Part shown: one piece after another, positions 1 to 8,989 of the stretch
Position numbering within the stretch: position 1 is the stretch's first letter
How the letters are laid out: the number at the start of each line of letters is the position of its first letter
Source: Chloroflexota bacterium
Lineage (GTDB): Bacteria > Chloroflexota > Limnocylindria > Limnocylindrales > CSP1-4
DNA: 64,000 bases
Assembly: GCA_016191395.1 (NCBI GenBank)
Contig: JACPOS010000025.1
Coordinates: forward strand, 81,158-145,157
Direction of reading: 5' to 3'
Notes under the pieces: model-generated
What the model saw: the letters and a program-made list of their open reading frames with translations, nothing else
Databases searched by the model: none
What the model was told of the DNA's origin: nothing
Position numbers and translations under genes: made by a program

Positions 1-149
1 AGTCGCTCGAAGCCGGCCTGCTCCAGCTGGCCCCGGATGAACCCGGAGATCACCCGGCGCGCGACGTCCGTGTCGATCGCGAGCTCGTCGGGCAGCTCGA
101 ACAGCGGTCGCCCCGCGTCGTCCGTCGGGACCGCCTGGACCGCGCTCAT
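1..149 (-). CDS. nadE: NAD+ synthetase (synthetase subunit), 5' end only; the gene runs off the left edge
   Basis: Hand translation downward from the ATG at 149 gives MSAVQAVPTDDAGRPLFELPDELAIDTDVARRVISGFIRGQLEQAGFER. This resembles the NadE N-terminal lead-in that precedes the SGGxDS ATP-pyrophosphatase motif. It has an ATGA start/stop overlap with the upstream C-N hydrolase gene (stop 146-148). The ORF is absent from the track because it is truncated. Confidence 0.55.
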   Translation of the reverse strand, partial: MSAVQAVPTDDAGRPLFELPDELAIDTDVARRVISGFIRGQLEQAGFER

Positions 150-1153
150 CGCCGCCGCGACCGCAGCCGGATCGGCTCGCCGGGTGCCTCGGGCGCCTCC
201 GCGGCATCGCGGGCGGTGGGGCGCTTCCGAGACGGGGCGACGTCGAGCCCCGGTCCCGCGCCGGGCTCGGCGGTCGTGTCGACGGCGAGGCCCGCCCGCT
301 CGGCGATGATCCGGCCAAGCTCGCGGGCCTGGAGCTCGAGGCGCTCGTCGCGCAGGAGCGGGAGCGCGATACGCTCGCGCCGGACCTCGTCGAGGTTGAC
401 GTCCACGAGGTACAGGTCGTCGTCGAAGAACGGCGCCGAGAAGACCGGCGCACCCGACGGCCCGATGACCTCGGAGCCGCCCCAGAACGTCATTGACTCA
501 TCGACGCCGACCCGGTTCACGAACACCACGAACGATCCCGTGAGCTGGGCGTAGGTGCGCATCAACGTGCGCCACGAGCTCGCGGTCCCCAGTCCCACCT
601 CGTTGCTCGCGGCGAGGTCCCGACCCGGTGACGACGAGACGTTCAGGAGGATCTGGGCGCCATCGAGCGCGAGCAGCTGCGGCGTCTGGAGGTGCCAGAA
701 GTCCTCGCACACCGCAATCCCCACGCCGACCCCGAGCCGCGACGGCGTCGCGCGCACGATGTCACCCGGAGCGAAGAAGCGGCGCTCGTCGAACTGGCCG
801 TACGTGGGCAGGAACACCTTCCGGTGGACGTGGCGGACCTCGCCATCCTCCATGAGCGCCGCGGCGATGAACAGCCGGTGATCGGAGGACTCTTCCACGA
901 ACGAGACGACCGCGGAGAGCTCCCCCGCGGTCTCCGCCGCCAGGGCTGCGAGGCGCGGGTCGTCGAGGCGCATCGCGACCTCGGCGGCGAGGTCGGACAG
1001 GAGGTACCCGGTGAGTCCAAGCTCCGGGAAGACCACGAGTCCCGCCCCGCCGGCGCGCGCCTCGCGGATGAGCCCGCGGTGGCGTTCCAGGTTCGCGTCG
1101 AGCGCGCCAAGGCGGGGTGCGACCTGGGCGAGCGCGATTCGCAGTGGCTGCAC
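146..1153 (-). CDS. Carbon-nitrogen hydrolase (nitrilase superfamily) protein; probable glutaminase partner of NadE
   Basis: 335-aa ORF with a GTG start. The Glu-Lys-Cys triad contexts are visible (VVFPELGLTGY, HRKVFLPTYG, GIAVCEDFWH). It is translationally coupled to nadE. The C-terminal ~60 aa are low complexity. Confidence 0.8.
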   Translation of the reverse strand: MQPLRIALAQVAPRLGALDANLERHRGLIREARAGGAGLVVFPELGLTGYLLSDLAAEVAMRLDDPRLAALAAETAGELSAVVSFVEESSDHRLFIAAALMEDGEVRHVHRKVFLPTYGQFDERRFFAPGDIVRATPSRLGVGVGIAVCEDFWHLQTPQLLALDGAQILLNVSSSPGRDLAASNEVGLGTASSWRTLMRTYAQLTGSFVVFVNRVGVDESMTFWGGSEVIGPSGAPVFSAPFFDDDLYLVDVNLDEVRRERIALPLLRDERLELQARELGRIIAERAGLAVDTTAEPGAGPGLDVAPSRKRPTARDAAEAPEAPGEPIRLRSRRR

Positions 1154-1211
1154 GTGCTGATCCTACGTCGTTCCGAGCCGCTGGAGCCGGAAGGCGCCCT
1201 GAAGGCGGCCG

Positions 1212-2321
1212 TCAGTGCGGTGAGGCGATGCCCGCGCTGGGATCGGCCACCGGCGCGACCACTGCGGTCGCCGATTCCTCGCCGCTCGCGCTTGCCTGCA
1301 CCTGGACTCGCTTCGGCAGGTCGGCGACCTGGATCGGGAAGTGACACGCCACCTGATGGCCGGGCGCGACCTCCACGAGCGGCGGTACCTCGACGGCACA
1401 GCGCTCCTGGGCCTGGAAGCAGCGTGTCCGGAAGACGCAGCCGGATGGCGGGTCGATCGGGCTGGGCAGGTCACCCTGGAGCAGGATCCGCGAGCGCTGG
1501 CGCTGGCGCTTGGGATCCGGGATCGGCACGGCCGAGAGCAGCGAGTGCGTGTAGGGGTGGAGCGGCGCCGAGTAGATCACGTGGCGCGGCGCGCTCTCCA
1601 TGATGTGCCCGAGGTACATGACCGCGACGCGATGCGAGATCTGCCGGACCACGGCCAGATCGTGGGCAACGAACAGGTACGCGACCCCGAACTCCTCCTG
1701 CAGGTCGCGCAGCAGGTTCAGGATCTGCGCCTGGATCGACACGTCGAGCGCAGACACGGGCTCGTCGCAGACGATGAACTTGGGCCGCAGCGCGATCGCC
1801 CGGGCGATCCCGATGCGCTGCCGCTGGCCGCCGGAGAACTCGTTCGGATAGCGGTTGTAGTGCTCCGGGTTGAGCCCGACGCGCTCCATGAGCTCGTAGA
1901 CGGCGTTCTTGACGCCGCCGGCCGGCTTGACGCCCTGGATGGTGAACGGCGCACTGATGATGGTGCCGACCGTGTGGCGCGGGTTCAGGGCGTTGTACGG
2001 GTCCTGGAAGATGATCTGCGCCTTCCGGCGAAACGGGATGAGCGAGTTGCTGGACAGCTTGGTGATGTCCTCGCCATCCACGACGATCTTGCCCGCGGTG
2101 GGCGTCAGCAGGCGCAGGATGGTCCGGCCGGCGGTCGACTTCCCGCAGCCGCTCTCGCCGACGAGGCCGAGCGTCTCACCCTGGTTGAGGTTCAGGCTGA
2201 TCCCGTCGACGGCCTTCACCTGCGCGATCGTTCGCGGCAGGATGCCGAAGCCGCGCCCCTTCACGGGGAAGTACTTCTGCAGGTCCGTGACCCGCAGGAT
2301 CTCCTTCGTCTCGACGGTCAC
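1212..2321 (-). CDS. Peptide/nickel-type ABC transporter ATP-binding protein (OppF/DppF-like)
   Basis: Walker A GESGCGKST, signature FSGGQRQRIGIARA, Walker B FIVCDEP and the oligopeptide C-terminal domain (PSGCVFRTRC). Overlaps the upstream ATPase gene by 4 nt. Confidence 0.9.
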   Translation of the reverse strand: MTVETKEILRVTDLQKYFPVKGRGFGILPRTIAQVKAVDGISLNLNQGETLGLVGESGCGKSTAGRTILRLLTPTAGKIVVDGEDITKLSSNSLIPFRRKAQIIFQDPYNALNPRHTVGTIISAPFTIQGVKPAGGVKNAVYELMERVGLNPEHYNRYPNEFSGGQRQRIGIARAIALRPKFIVCDEPVSALDVSIQAQILNLLRDLQEEFGVAYLFVAHDLAVVRQISHRVAVMYLGHIMESAPRHVIYSAPLHPYTHSLLSAVPIPDPKRQRQRSRILLQGDLPSPIDPPSGCVFRTRCFQAQERCAVEVPPLVEVAPGHQVACHFPIQVADLPKRVQVQASASGEESATAVVAPVADPSAGIASPH

Positions 2322-3409
2322 AGGTCAGCTCCCGCGACGGCAGCCTTCGCCGACAGGGCGTCGAGGGCCTCCGTGGCGATCTCGTGGCGCTCCGGGCTGG
2401 GGATGTGGCAGCGGACGAGGTGGTCCGGCTCGCTCAACAGGAGCTCGGGCCGAATCTCCATGCACGCGCCGTTCGGCACCCGGTCCGTGTACTTGCAGCG
2501 TGGGTGGAAGACGCAGCCCGACGGGTGCTTGAGTGGCGACGGCGGGTTGCCCTTGATCGGGTCCAGCCGGTCCGTCCGGCGGTCCATTCGCGGGATGGAG
2601 GCGAGCAGGCCGAGCGTGTAGGGCATCTCCGGCGACGCATACAGACGCTCGGTCGGGGCAGCCTCCACGACGCGGGCCGCGTACATCACCGCCACGTCGT
2701 CGGCCACGTCCGCGACGATGCCGAGGTCGTGCGTGATCAGGATGACCGCGGTGTTGAACTCGTCCTGGAGCTTCGCGATGAGGTCGAGGATCTGCGCCTG
2801 GACCGTGACGTCGAGGGCCGTCGTGGGCTCGTCCGCGATGAGCAGCGCCGGCGAGTTGATGAGGGCCATCGCGATCATGACGCGCTGGCGCATGCCGCCC
2901 GACAGCTGATGCGGGTAGTCGTCCACGCGCCGCTTCGGGGCCGGGATGCCGACCCGGTGGAGCATCTCGATCGCCTCGGCGCGCGCCGCCGCCTTGCTGA
3001 TTCGGCGGTGGACGCGGGCGGCCTCGCTGAGCTGCGCGCCGACCCGGTAGAACGGGTGCAGGCTGGACATCGGGTCCTGGAAGATCATGGCCATCTTGGA
3101 GCCGCGCAGCTTCCGGACGGACGAGTCGTTCATCCCGACGAGCTCCTCGCCGTCGAGCCAGACCTCACCGGTGACGGTGGCGGACTTCCGGTTGATGAGG
3201 CCCATGACCGCGAGCGCGGTCACGCTCTTGCCGGACCCGGACTCGCCGACGACCGCGAGCGTCTTGCCGCGTACGACCGACAGGCTGACCCCGTCCACGG
3301 CATGGACGACGCCGTCCTCGCTCGGGAACGAGACGCTCAGGTTGTTGACCGCGAGATAGGGCTCCGGTACGACCGTTTCGGTTTGGCGCAGGCTGTCCGG
3401 CTGTCTCAT
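2318..3409 (-). CDS. Peptide/nickel-type ABC transporter ATP-binding protein (OppD/DppD-like)
   Basis: Walker A GESGSGKSV, signature LSGGMRQRVMIAMA, Walker B LIADEPTTALD and a C-terminal PSGCVFHPRC motif. 4-nt overlaps on both sides. Confidence 0.9.
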   Translation of the reverse strand: MRQPDSLRQTETVVPEPYLAVNNLSVSFPSEDGVVHAVDGVSLSVVRGKTLAVVGESGSGKSVTALAVMGLINRKSATVTGEVWLDGEELVGMNDSSVRKLRGSKMAMIFQDPMSSLHPFYRVGAQLSEAARVHRRISKAAARAEAIEMLHRVGIPAPKRRVDDYPHQLSGGMRQRVMIAMALINSPALLIADEPTTALDVTVQAQILDLIAKLQDEFNTAVILITHDLGIVADVADDVAVMYAARVVEAAPTERLYASPEMPYTLGLLASIPRMDRRTDRLDPIKGNPPSPLKHPSGCVFHPRCKYTDRVPNGACMEIRPELLLSEPDHLVRCHIPSPERHEIATEALDALSAKAAVAGADL

Positions 3410-4398
3410 ACCAGGCGCACGCGCGGATCGACGACCGCGTACAGCAGGTCGACGATGAAGTTGGCGACGATGATCAACGACGCCGTGAGCAACGTGATCC
3501 CGGTGATCAGGGGCAGGTCGGAGTTCGTGATCGACTCCACCGACAGCGCTCCCAGGCCGGGGAGGTTGAAGATGTTCTCGGAGATGATCGCGCCCCCGAG
3601 CAGGCCGGCAAGGTCCAGGCCCGCGGCCGTGACGATCGGGGTCAGGCCTGCCCGAAGCGCGTGCTTCACCACCACGGTGCGCTCCGGCAATCCCTTGGCT
3701 CGGGCGGTGCGCACGAAGTCATCGTTGAAGACCTCGAGCACCTGGTTCCGGGTGAGCCGCATGTAGAACGCGGCATACAGGATGGCGAGCACGATCCACG
3801 GCAGGATCATCGTCTGCAGGAATCCGACCGGGTCCTCGAATGGCGAGACATAGCTGGGGTACGGCAGCCATTGCCATTGGATGACCACGAAGAACATCAG
3901 CAATAAGCCGAAGAAGAACGAGGGCAGGGAGTAGCCGATCAGCGATACGCCCAGGACGAGCCGGTCCGGCCATCGCCCCCGGCGCAGTGCGGCAAAGATG
4001 CCCAGCGACACGCCGACGGCAATCCAGATGATGAACGCCCCGATCGCAAGCCAGAAGGTCACCGGCGCCGCGCGCACGATCAGCGACAGCACCTGTTCGT
4101 GCCGGTTGAACGAGTAGCCGAGGCACGGGGCCGCACAGACGATGGGCTCGGGGGATTCGGGAGAGAAGACACGCCCTGTGAAGATCCCCGACATGAACTT
4201 GACGTACTGCGTCAGCGGGGGATCGTCGTATCCAAGGCGCTGGCGGTTCTGCTCGATGACGGCCTCAGTGCAGGACTTGCCACACGTGAGCCGGGCGGGG
4301 TCGCCCGGAAGCATGTTGAAGAGCAGGAAGACAGCGACGCTCAAGATCAACAGGAGCGAGATCATCAACAGGACCCGGCGAACGAGATACGCCGCCAC
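3406..4398 (-). CDS. ABC transporter permease (OppB/DppB-like)
   Basis: 330 aa and multi-pass hydrophobic. N-terminus MAAYLVRRVLLMISLLLIL...GDPAR is typical of the BPD family. GTG start at 4398 with a GGAGGG Shine-Dalgarno (SD) site 8 nt upstream. Confidence 0.9.
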   Translation of the reverse strand: MAAYLVRRVLLMISLLLILSVAVFLLFNMLPGDPARLTCGKSCTEAVIEQNRQRLGYDDPPLTQYVKFMSGIFTGRVFSPESPEPIVCAAPCLGYSFNRHEQVLSLIVRAAPVTFWLAIGAFIIWIAVGVSLGIFAALRRGRWPDRLVLGVSLIGYSLPSFFFGLLLMFFVVIQWQWLPYPSYVSPFEDPVGFLQTMILPWIVLAILYAAFYMRLTRNQVLEVFNDDFVRTARAKGLPERTVVVKHALRAGLTPIVTAAGLDLAGLLGGAIISENIFNLPGLGALSVESITNSDLPLITGITLLTASLIIVANFIVDLLYAVVDPRVRLV

Positions 4399-4440
4399 GC
4401 TGCTTGCCCTCCGGTTGGTGGGTGGACCGTGAATGGTGGT

Positions 4441-4477
4441 CCCCGGGAGAGGAGGGCGGAGCCGCCCTCTCCCGGGG
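4441..4477 (-). terminator. GC-rich imperfect stem-loop directly downstream of the binding-protein gene (attenuator or mRNA-stabilising hairpin); no U-tract
   Basis: CCCCGGGAGAGG(AG)GGGCGG-AG-CCGCCCTCTCCCGGGG gives a 12-bp plus 6-bp stem with a small bulge. It starts 21 nt after the binding-protein stop (4498-4500) and lies before the next permease gene. Confidence 0.35.
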
Positions 4478-4497
4478 ACCTGGACCCTGGGTCCTAG

Positions 4498-6378
4498 CTA
4501 CTTGGTGACGTACATCTCGCCATATGGCCAGGAGCCGTAGGCAGCCCACCGATAGAGGGGGCCGACCTTGGTTCCGCCAATGGTCTGACTGAGCCCGAAG
4601 AAGGTCGGGATCGTGTACATGTTCTCGGCAGCAGACTTGTTGATCTCCTGCCACTTCGCCATCTGCTTCGTGCGGTCGAGCTCGGTGAGCCCGGCCTCGA
4701 TCGCGGCGTTGACGGCAGGATCGTCGAGCTGGGAGAGATCCCAGCCACCGGCCTGCGTGAGCAGCGGCGGGAGGACGGTCGAAGCGTTCGGCCAGTCCGC
4801 GCCCCAGCCACCGGTGCCGAAGTCACCAGAGGCCGCCGGGTCGAAGACGATGCTGTAGTACTTGCCGGGCTCCAGCGGAGCCGGCGTGACCGTGATCCCG
4901 GCCTTGCCGAGCGAGGCGATGACGATCGCCGCGGTCTTCTGGTTGACCGGGGTATCGGCGAAGTTGAACACGAGCTTGGGGGCGGGAACGCCCGACTCGT
5001 TGATCAGCTTCTTGGCGAGCTCAGGGTCGCCGCCATCCGGAACCGGCTTTCCGAAGAAGTCCGTCCAGAGGCCAGTGGCCTTGTAGTCGCCACCGATGTT
5101 CGGCTTCACGAGGCCATCGGCGAAGGCGCCCGCGAAGGCGCCACCGATGTTCAGCCGGATCGCGGCCCGGTCAAGAGCCACGGCCATGGCCTGGCGGATC
5201 TTGACGTTCGGGACCTTGTTGACGTTGATCCAGTAGTAGCGGGAGTACGGGTCGAACCCGGAGATCGCGCGACCCTTGTACTTGGCGGTCGTGTTGTCCG
5301 GGTCGGTGAAGATCACGCCGAGGTTCTCGGGCTGGATCTGGCCGTACTGGATGGCAGTGGCGTCGTTGCCGGCAGAGGCCATGATCCGCTGGTCGAGGAC
5401 CTTGGGATCAACGCCGAAGTCGACTTCCCACTTGTCGGGGTACGCCTTGCGGTACGGGTCGCTCTCGGGCTTCCAATTCTCGTTGCGGACGAGGACCATC
5501 TTGCCGCCGTTGCCGGTGGTGTAGCTCTCGACCTTGTACGGGCCATTGGAGATCGTGAACGGGGCGACGGTGCCGTACGTCTCGCCAGTGTCGTCCTTCT
5601 CGCGAACCGCACCGAACCCGAGGGTGACGGTGTAGTTGAAGTCCGCGATGGGCTTGTTCAGGTGGAACGTGATCGTCTTGCCGTCGCAGGTGACTGCCTT
5701 GTCGTAGGTGGACGGATCGTTCGGGATGGGCTTGGTGAGCGCCTCATCCGAGAAGATCTTGAGGTTCTTGTTGTACTTGAGCGGGCCGTAGAAGGCCAGG
5801 GCGGACGTCGGCTTGACCGAGCCGTCCTTCTTCTTGGCGAAGCCTTGAACGGTCGGGATGTCAAGGTAGACGCTTGCGTACGTCGGGCCCTGGTTGATGA
5901 CGTTATCCGCGAACGTTCGCGAGACACCGTACTTGATGTCTGCGCACGTCACGTCCGTGCCGTCCTGCCAGGTGACGCCGTCACGCAGGGTGAAGGCCCA
6001 CGTCTTGCCGCCGTCCGTGGCCTTGCCGAGGTCGGTGGCCATGTCCGGGACGAGCGAGGTGCCCTCGGCCGCGTCGGGCGAGAACTTGTAGGCCGTGAGC
6101 CCGCGCATGATCGTGCCACCGAAGAACGCGAGGTCCTCGCCGGTGTAGATGCGCTGCGGGTCGACCTGATTCCATACCTTCGCCTGGGTCAGGACGTAGA
6201 TGGTCCCGCCCTTCTTGGCGGCTGAAGTGTCGACGGTGGCCGCCGGGCCAGTCGAGGCTGGGCCGCTGCCGGCCGGAGTCGGGGTGGTCGTCGCGCCGCC
6301 GCACGCTGTGATCAGCGTCGCCGTGACGCTGAGCGCGAAGGCGCGGTACAACCACGTCTGGGTTTTCGCCATGTTCAT
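4498..6378 (-). CDS. ABC transporter substrate-binding lipoprotein, family 5 (peptide/nickel)
   Basis: The track ORF (682 aa) is over-extended. The likely start is MNMAKT (6378) or MAKT (6372), preceded by GGAGGA. The signal peptide has a lipobox, LITAC-GG. The body is typical of family-5 solute-binding proteins. Confidence 0.9.
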   Translation of the reverse strand: MNMAKTQTWLYRAFALSVTATLITACGGATTTPTPAGSGPASTGPAATVDTSAAKKGGTIYVLTQAKVWNQVDPQRIYTGEDLAFFGGTIMRGLTAYKFSPDAAEGTSLVPDMATDLGKATDGGKTWAFTLRDGVTWQDGTDVTCADIKYGVSRTFADNVINQGPTYASVYLDIPTVQGFAKKKDGSVKPTSALAFYGPLKYNKNLKIFSDEALTKPIPNDPSTYDKAVTCDGKTITFHLNKPIADFNYTVTLGFGAVREKDDTGETYGTVAPFTISNGPYKVESYTTGNGGKMVLVRNENWKPESDPYRKAYPDKWEVDFGVDPKVLDQRIMASAGNDATAIQYGQIQPENLGVIFTDPDNTTAKYKGRAISGFDPYSRYYWINVNKVPNVKIRQAMAVALDRAAIRLNIGGAFAGAFADGLVKPNIGGDYKATGLWTDFFGKPVPDGGDPELAKKLINESGVPAPKLVFNFADTPVNQKTAAIVIASLGKAGITVTPAPLEPGKYYSIVFDPAASGDFGTGGWGADWPNASTVLPPLLTQAGGWDLSQLDDPAVNAAIEAGLTELDRTKQMAKWQEINKSAAENMYTIPTFFGLSQTIGGTKVGPLYRWAAYGSWPYGEMYVTK

Positions 6379-6499
6379 CCTCCAACGAGTTCCCCGGGAC
6401 GGTCCCGGAGCAACCTTGTGACCGATCATACACGCCGGTCGAGGCGAATCTCTCCCTGCCGGTGGCCTCCAACCCGCCGGCGCGGTGCTTCGACGCTCT

Positions 6500-7465
6500 C
6501 TAGTGGATGGCCTTCGGGTCCAGCGCGTCGCGGACCGCGTCGCCAAAGAGGTTGAACGACACGACGAGCACGACGAGCACCGTCCCTGGGATGAACAGGT
6601 ACGTCGGCACGACGTTCATGTAGTTCACGGAATTCGCGAGCATGGCCCCGAACGTCGTCTCGGGCGGCAGCACGCCGACGCCGAGGAACGAGACCGCGGC
6701 CTCGAGCCCGATGTACGCCGGCAGGGTGAGCGTGGCGTACACGAGGATCGGGGCCCACAGGTTCGGAAGGATCTCCGAGAAGAGGATCCGACGGCGCCGT
6801 GCGCCCATCGCGACAGCGGCCTCCACGAACTCGCGCTCGCGAAGGCTGAGCACCTGGCCACGCACGATGCGGGCAAGGTACGGCCAGCCGAACACGCTGA
6901 AGACGAGGATCAGGTAAAGGATTCTTGATGGGTTGCCTTCCGGGACCCCGAGGTTCGTGAGGCGCTGCGTGAGCACGCCCGAGAGGGCCAGGATGATCAG
7001 CAGGAACGGGAACGCGAGGATGAGGTCCATCAGGCGCCCCATCAGCGTGTCGGTCAGGCCGCCGGTGTAGCCGGCGACGATCCCGATGACCGTGCCAAGC
7101 ACCACCGTGATGAACGTGGCGCTCGTCGCGATGACGAGCGAGATGCGCAGTCCGAAGATGAGCTGGGCGAAGATGTCGCGCCCGGTGCCCCACTCGACGC
7201 CGAGGGGGTGCTGGGGGCTGATCCCGCCGTTCGGCAGGACCGGGCGGCCGCCGAGGTCGCTGATCGTCGCGGTGTCCAGCTTGTACGGGTCGAGGCCGAA
7301 GAAGCCGCCGATGAACGGCCCGAAGATGGCGACCGCGTACATGAACGTGACGATGAACAGGCACAGCATCGCGACCTTGTCGCGGCGAAGCCGCGCCCAG
7401 ACGATCTGTCGGAGGCTACGACCGACCATACGGCCGGAGAATAGCGGTTGCCGAACCCCTGTCAA
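6500..7465 (-). CDS. ABC transporter permease (OppC/DppC-like)
   Basis: 321 aa and multi-pass, with the EAA-like loop region REREFVEAAVAMGA typical of OppC/DppC. The start could also be the internal MVGRSL. Confidence 0.88.
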   Translation of the reverse strand: MTGVRQPLFSGRMVGRSLRQIVWARLRRDKVAMLCLFIVTFMYAVAIFGPFIGGFFGLDPYKLDTATISDLGGRPVLPNGGISPQHPLGVEWGTGRDIFAQLIFGLRISLVIATSATFITVVLGTVIGIVAGYTGGLTDTLMGRLMDLILAFPFLLIILALSGVLTQRLTNLGVPEGNPSRILYLILVFSVFGWPYLARIVRGQVLSLREREFVEAAVAMGARRRRILFSEILPNLWAPILVYATLTLPAYIGLEAAVSFLGVGVLPPETTFGAMLANSVNYMNVVPTYLFIPGTVLVVLVVSFNLFGDAVRDALDPKAIH

Positions 7466-7483
7466 ACCATCCGGGCGCGCGGG

Positions 7484-8989
7484 TCAGTCCGGACATGGCG
7501 TCCAGTCCCCGACCGCGGGTCGCCAGCGGAGGTTGGGATTGCGCGCCGCACCCGCCTCGTCGAGGCGTCGGACCGCCGCGGTGTGCGGCGCGGTCTTGAT
7601 CGTCTCCGGGTCCGTCGCCGCCTCGCGTGCGATCTCGACGAGTGCGTTCGCGAACGCGTCCAGTGTCTCGATCGACTCGGTCTCCGTCGGCTCGATGAGC
7701 ATCGCTTCGTCGACCGTCAGCGGGAAGTACACGGTGGGTGCGTGGAAGCCGTGGTCCAGGAGGCGCTTCGCGATGTCCAGCGTGCGCACGCCGGTCTGCT
7801 TCTTGATCGACGTCGCCGAAGCGATGAACTCGTGCTTGCACACGCCCGGGAAGGGGATGTCGTAGACGCCCGAGGCGGCGAGCAGGCTCTTGAGGTAGTT
7901 CGCGGCGAGGACCGCGTCGTCGGTGATCTCGGCGAGCCCGCTCGCGCCGTGCGTCCGCAGGTAGGCGTACGCGCGCACCAGCACGCCGGTGCTGCCGACG
8001 AACGAGCGCATCCGGCCGATCGAGGTGGGGCGCTCCCCCACTCGCTCCAGCCGGAAGCTCCCGTCCGCCTCGCGCACGACCCGCGGCGCGGGCAGGTACG
8101 GGGCCAGCTTGTCGCCGACCGCGACGGGCCCCGCACCGGGGCCGCCGCCGCCGTGCGGGGTCGAGAACGTCTTGTGGGTGTTGATGTGCATGACGTCGAA
8201 GCCGGCCTCGCCGGGCTTGAACCGGCCGAGGATCGCGTTGAGGTTCGCGCCGTCCATATAGGCCAGCGCACCGACCGCGTGGACCGCTTCGATGAGCTCG
8301 CCGACGCGCGACTCGAACAGGCCCATCGTCGAGGGATTCGTGATCATCACCGCCGCGGTGGTTGGACTCAGGGCGGCACGGAAGGCGTCGAGGTCGATGC
8401 CACCGTCGGCGGCGGCCTTTATGGACACGGTGCGCAGGCCGGCCATCGTCGCGGTGGCAGGGTTGGTGCCGTGCGCCGAGTCGGGCACCAGGACGTCCGT
8501 CCGACCGGTGTCGCCGCGCGCCTCGTGGTATGCACGGATCATCAGGACGCCGGTCAGCTCGCCGTGTGCGCCGGCCGCCGGCTGGAGCGTGACCGCGCGC
8601 ATCCCGCTGATCTCGATGAGCATCTGCTCCAGCTCCCAGAGCAGCTGGAGCGTGCCCTGGGCGACGTCGTCCGGGGCCATCGGGTGGAGCTGGGCGAATC
8701 CCGGTAGGCGGGCGGCCCACTCGTTGACCTTGGGATTCCACTTCATCGTGCACGAGCCGAGCGGGTAGAACCCGGTGTCCACGGCGTGGTTGAGCTGCGA
8801 CAGGTTCACGTAGTGGCGGACGACGTCCGGCTCGTTGAGCTCCGGGAGGCCCGGCGGGTGCGCGCGCCGGTGCTCCGCGGGCAGGCGATCCAGGGCGCCC
8901 TTCGGCGCGTGCGGGATCTTGTCGCCGCCCCGGCCCGGCTTGGACAGCTCGAACAGGGTGGGCTGGAGGCGCGGTCCGCTTGCGCTCAC
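7484..8989 (-). CDS. gcvPB: Glycine dehydrogenase (decarboxylating) subunit 2
   Basis: The 810-aa track ORF is an in-frame upstream extension. The real start is GTG at 8989 (VSASGPRLQPTLFELSKPGR), in a GTGA overlap with the gcvPA stop. The PLP-lysine context HINTHKTFSTPHGGGGPG is conserved. Confidence 0.9.
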   Translation of the reverse strand: MSASGPRLQPTLFELSKPGRGGDKIPHAPKGALDRLPAEHRRAHPPGLPELNEPDVVRHYVNLSQLNHAVDTGFYPLGSCTMKWNPKVNEWAARLPGFAQLHPMAPDDVAQGTLQLLWELEQMLIEISGMRAVTLQPAAGAHGELTGVLMIRAYHEARGDTGRTDVLVPDSAHGTNPATATMAGLRTVSIKAAADGGIDLDAFRAALSPTTAAVMITNPSTMGLFESRVGELIEAVHAVGALAYMDGANLNAILGRFKPGEAGFDVMHINTHKTFSTPHGGGGPGAGPVAVGDKLAPYLPAPRVVREADGSFRLERVGERPTSIGRMRSFVGSTGVLVRAYAYLRTHGASGLAEITDDAVLAANYLKSLLAASGVYDIPFPGVCKHEFIASATSIKKQTGVRTLDIAKRLLDHGFHAPTVYFPLTVDEAMLIEPTETESIETLDAFANALVEIAREAATDPETIKTAPHTAAVRRLDEAGAARNPNLRWRPAVGDWTPCPD

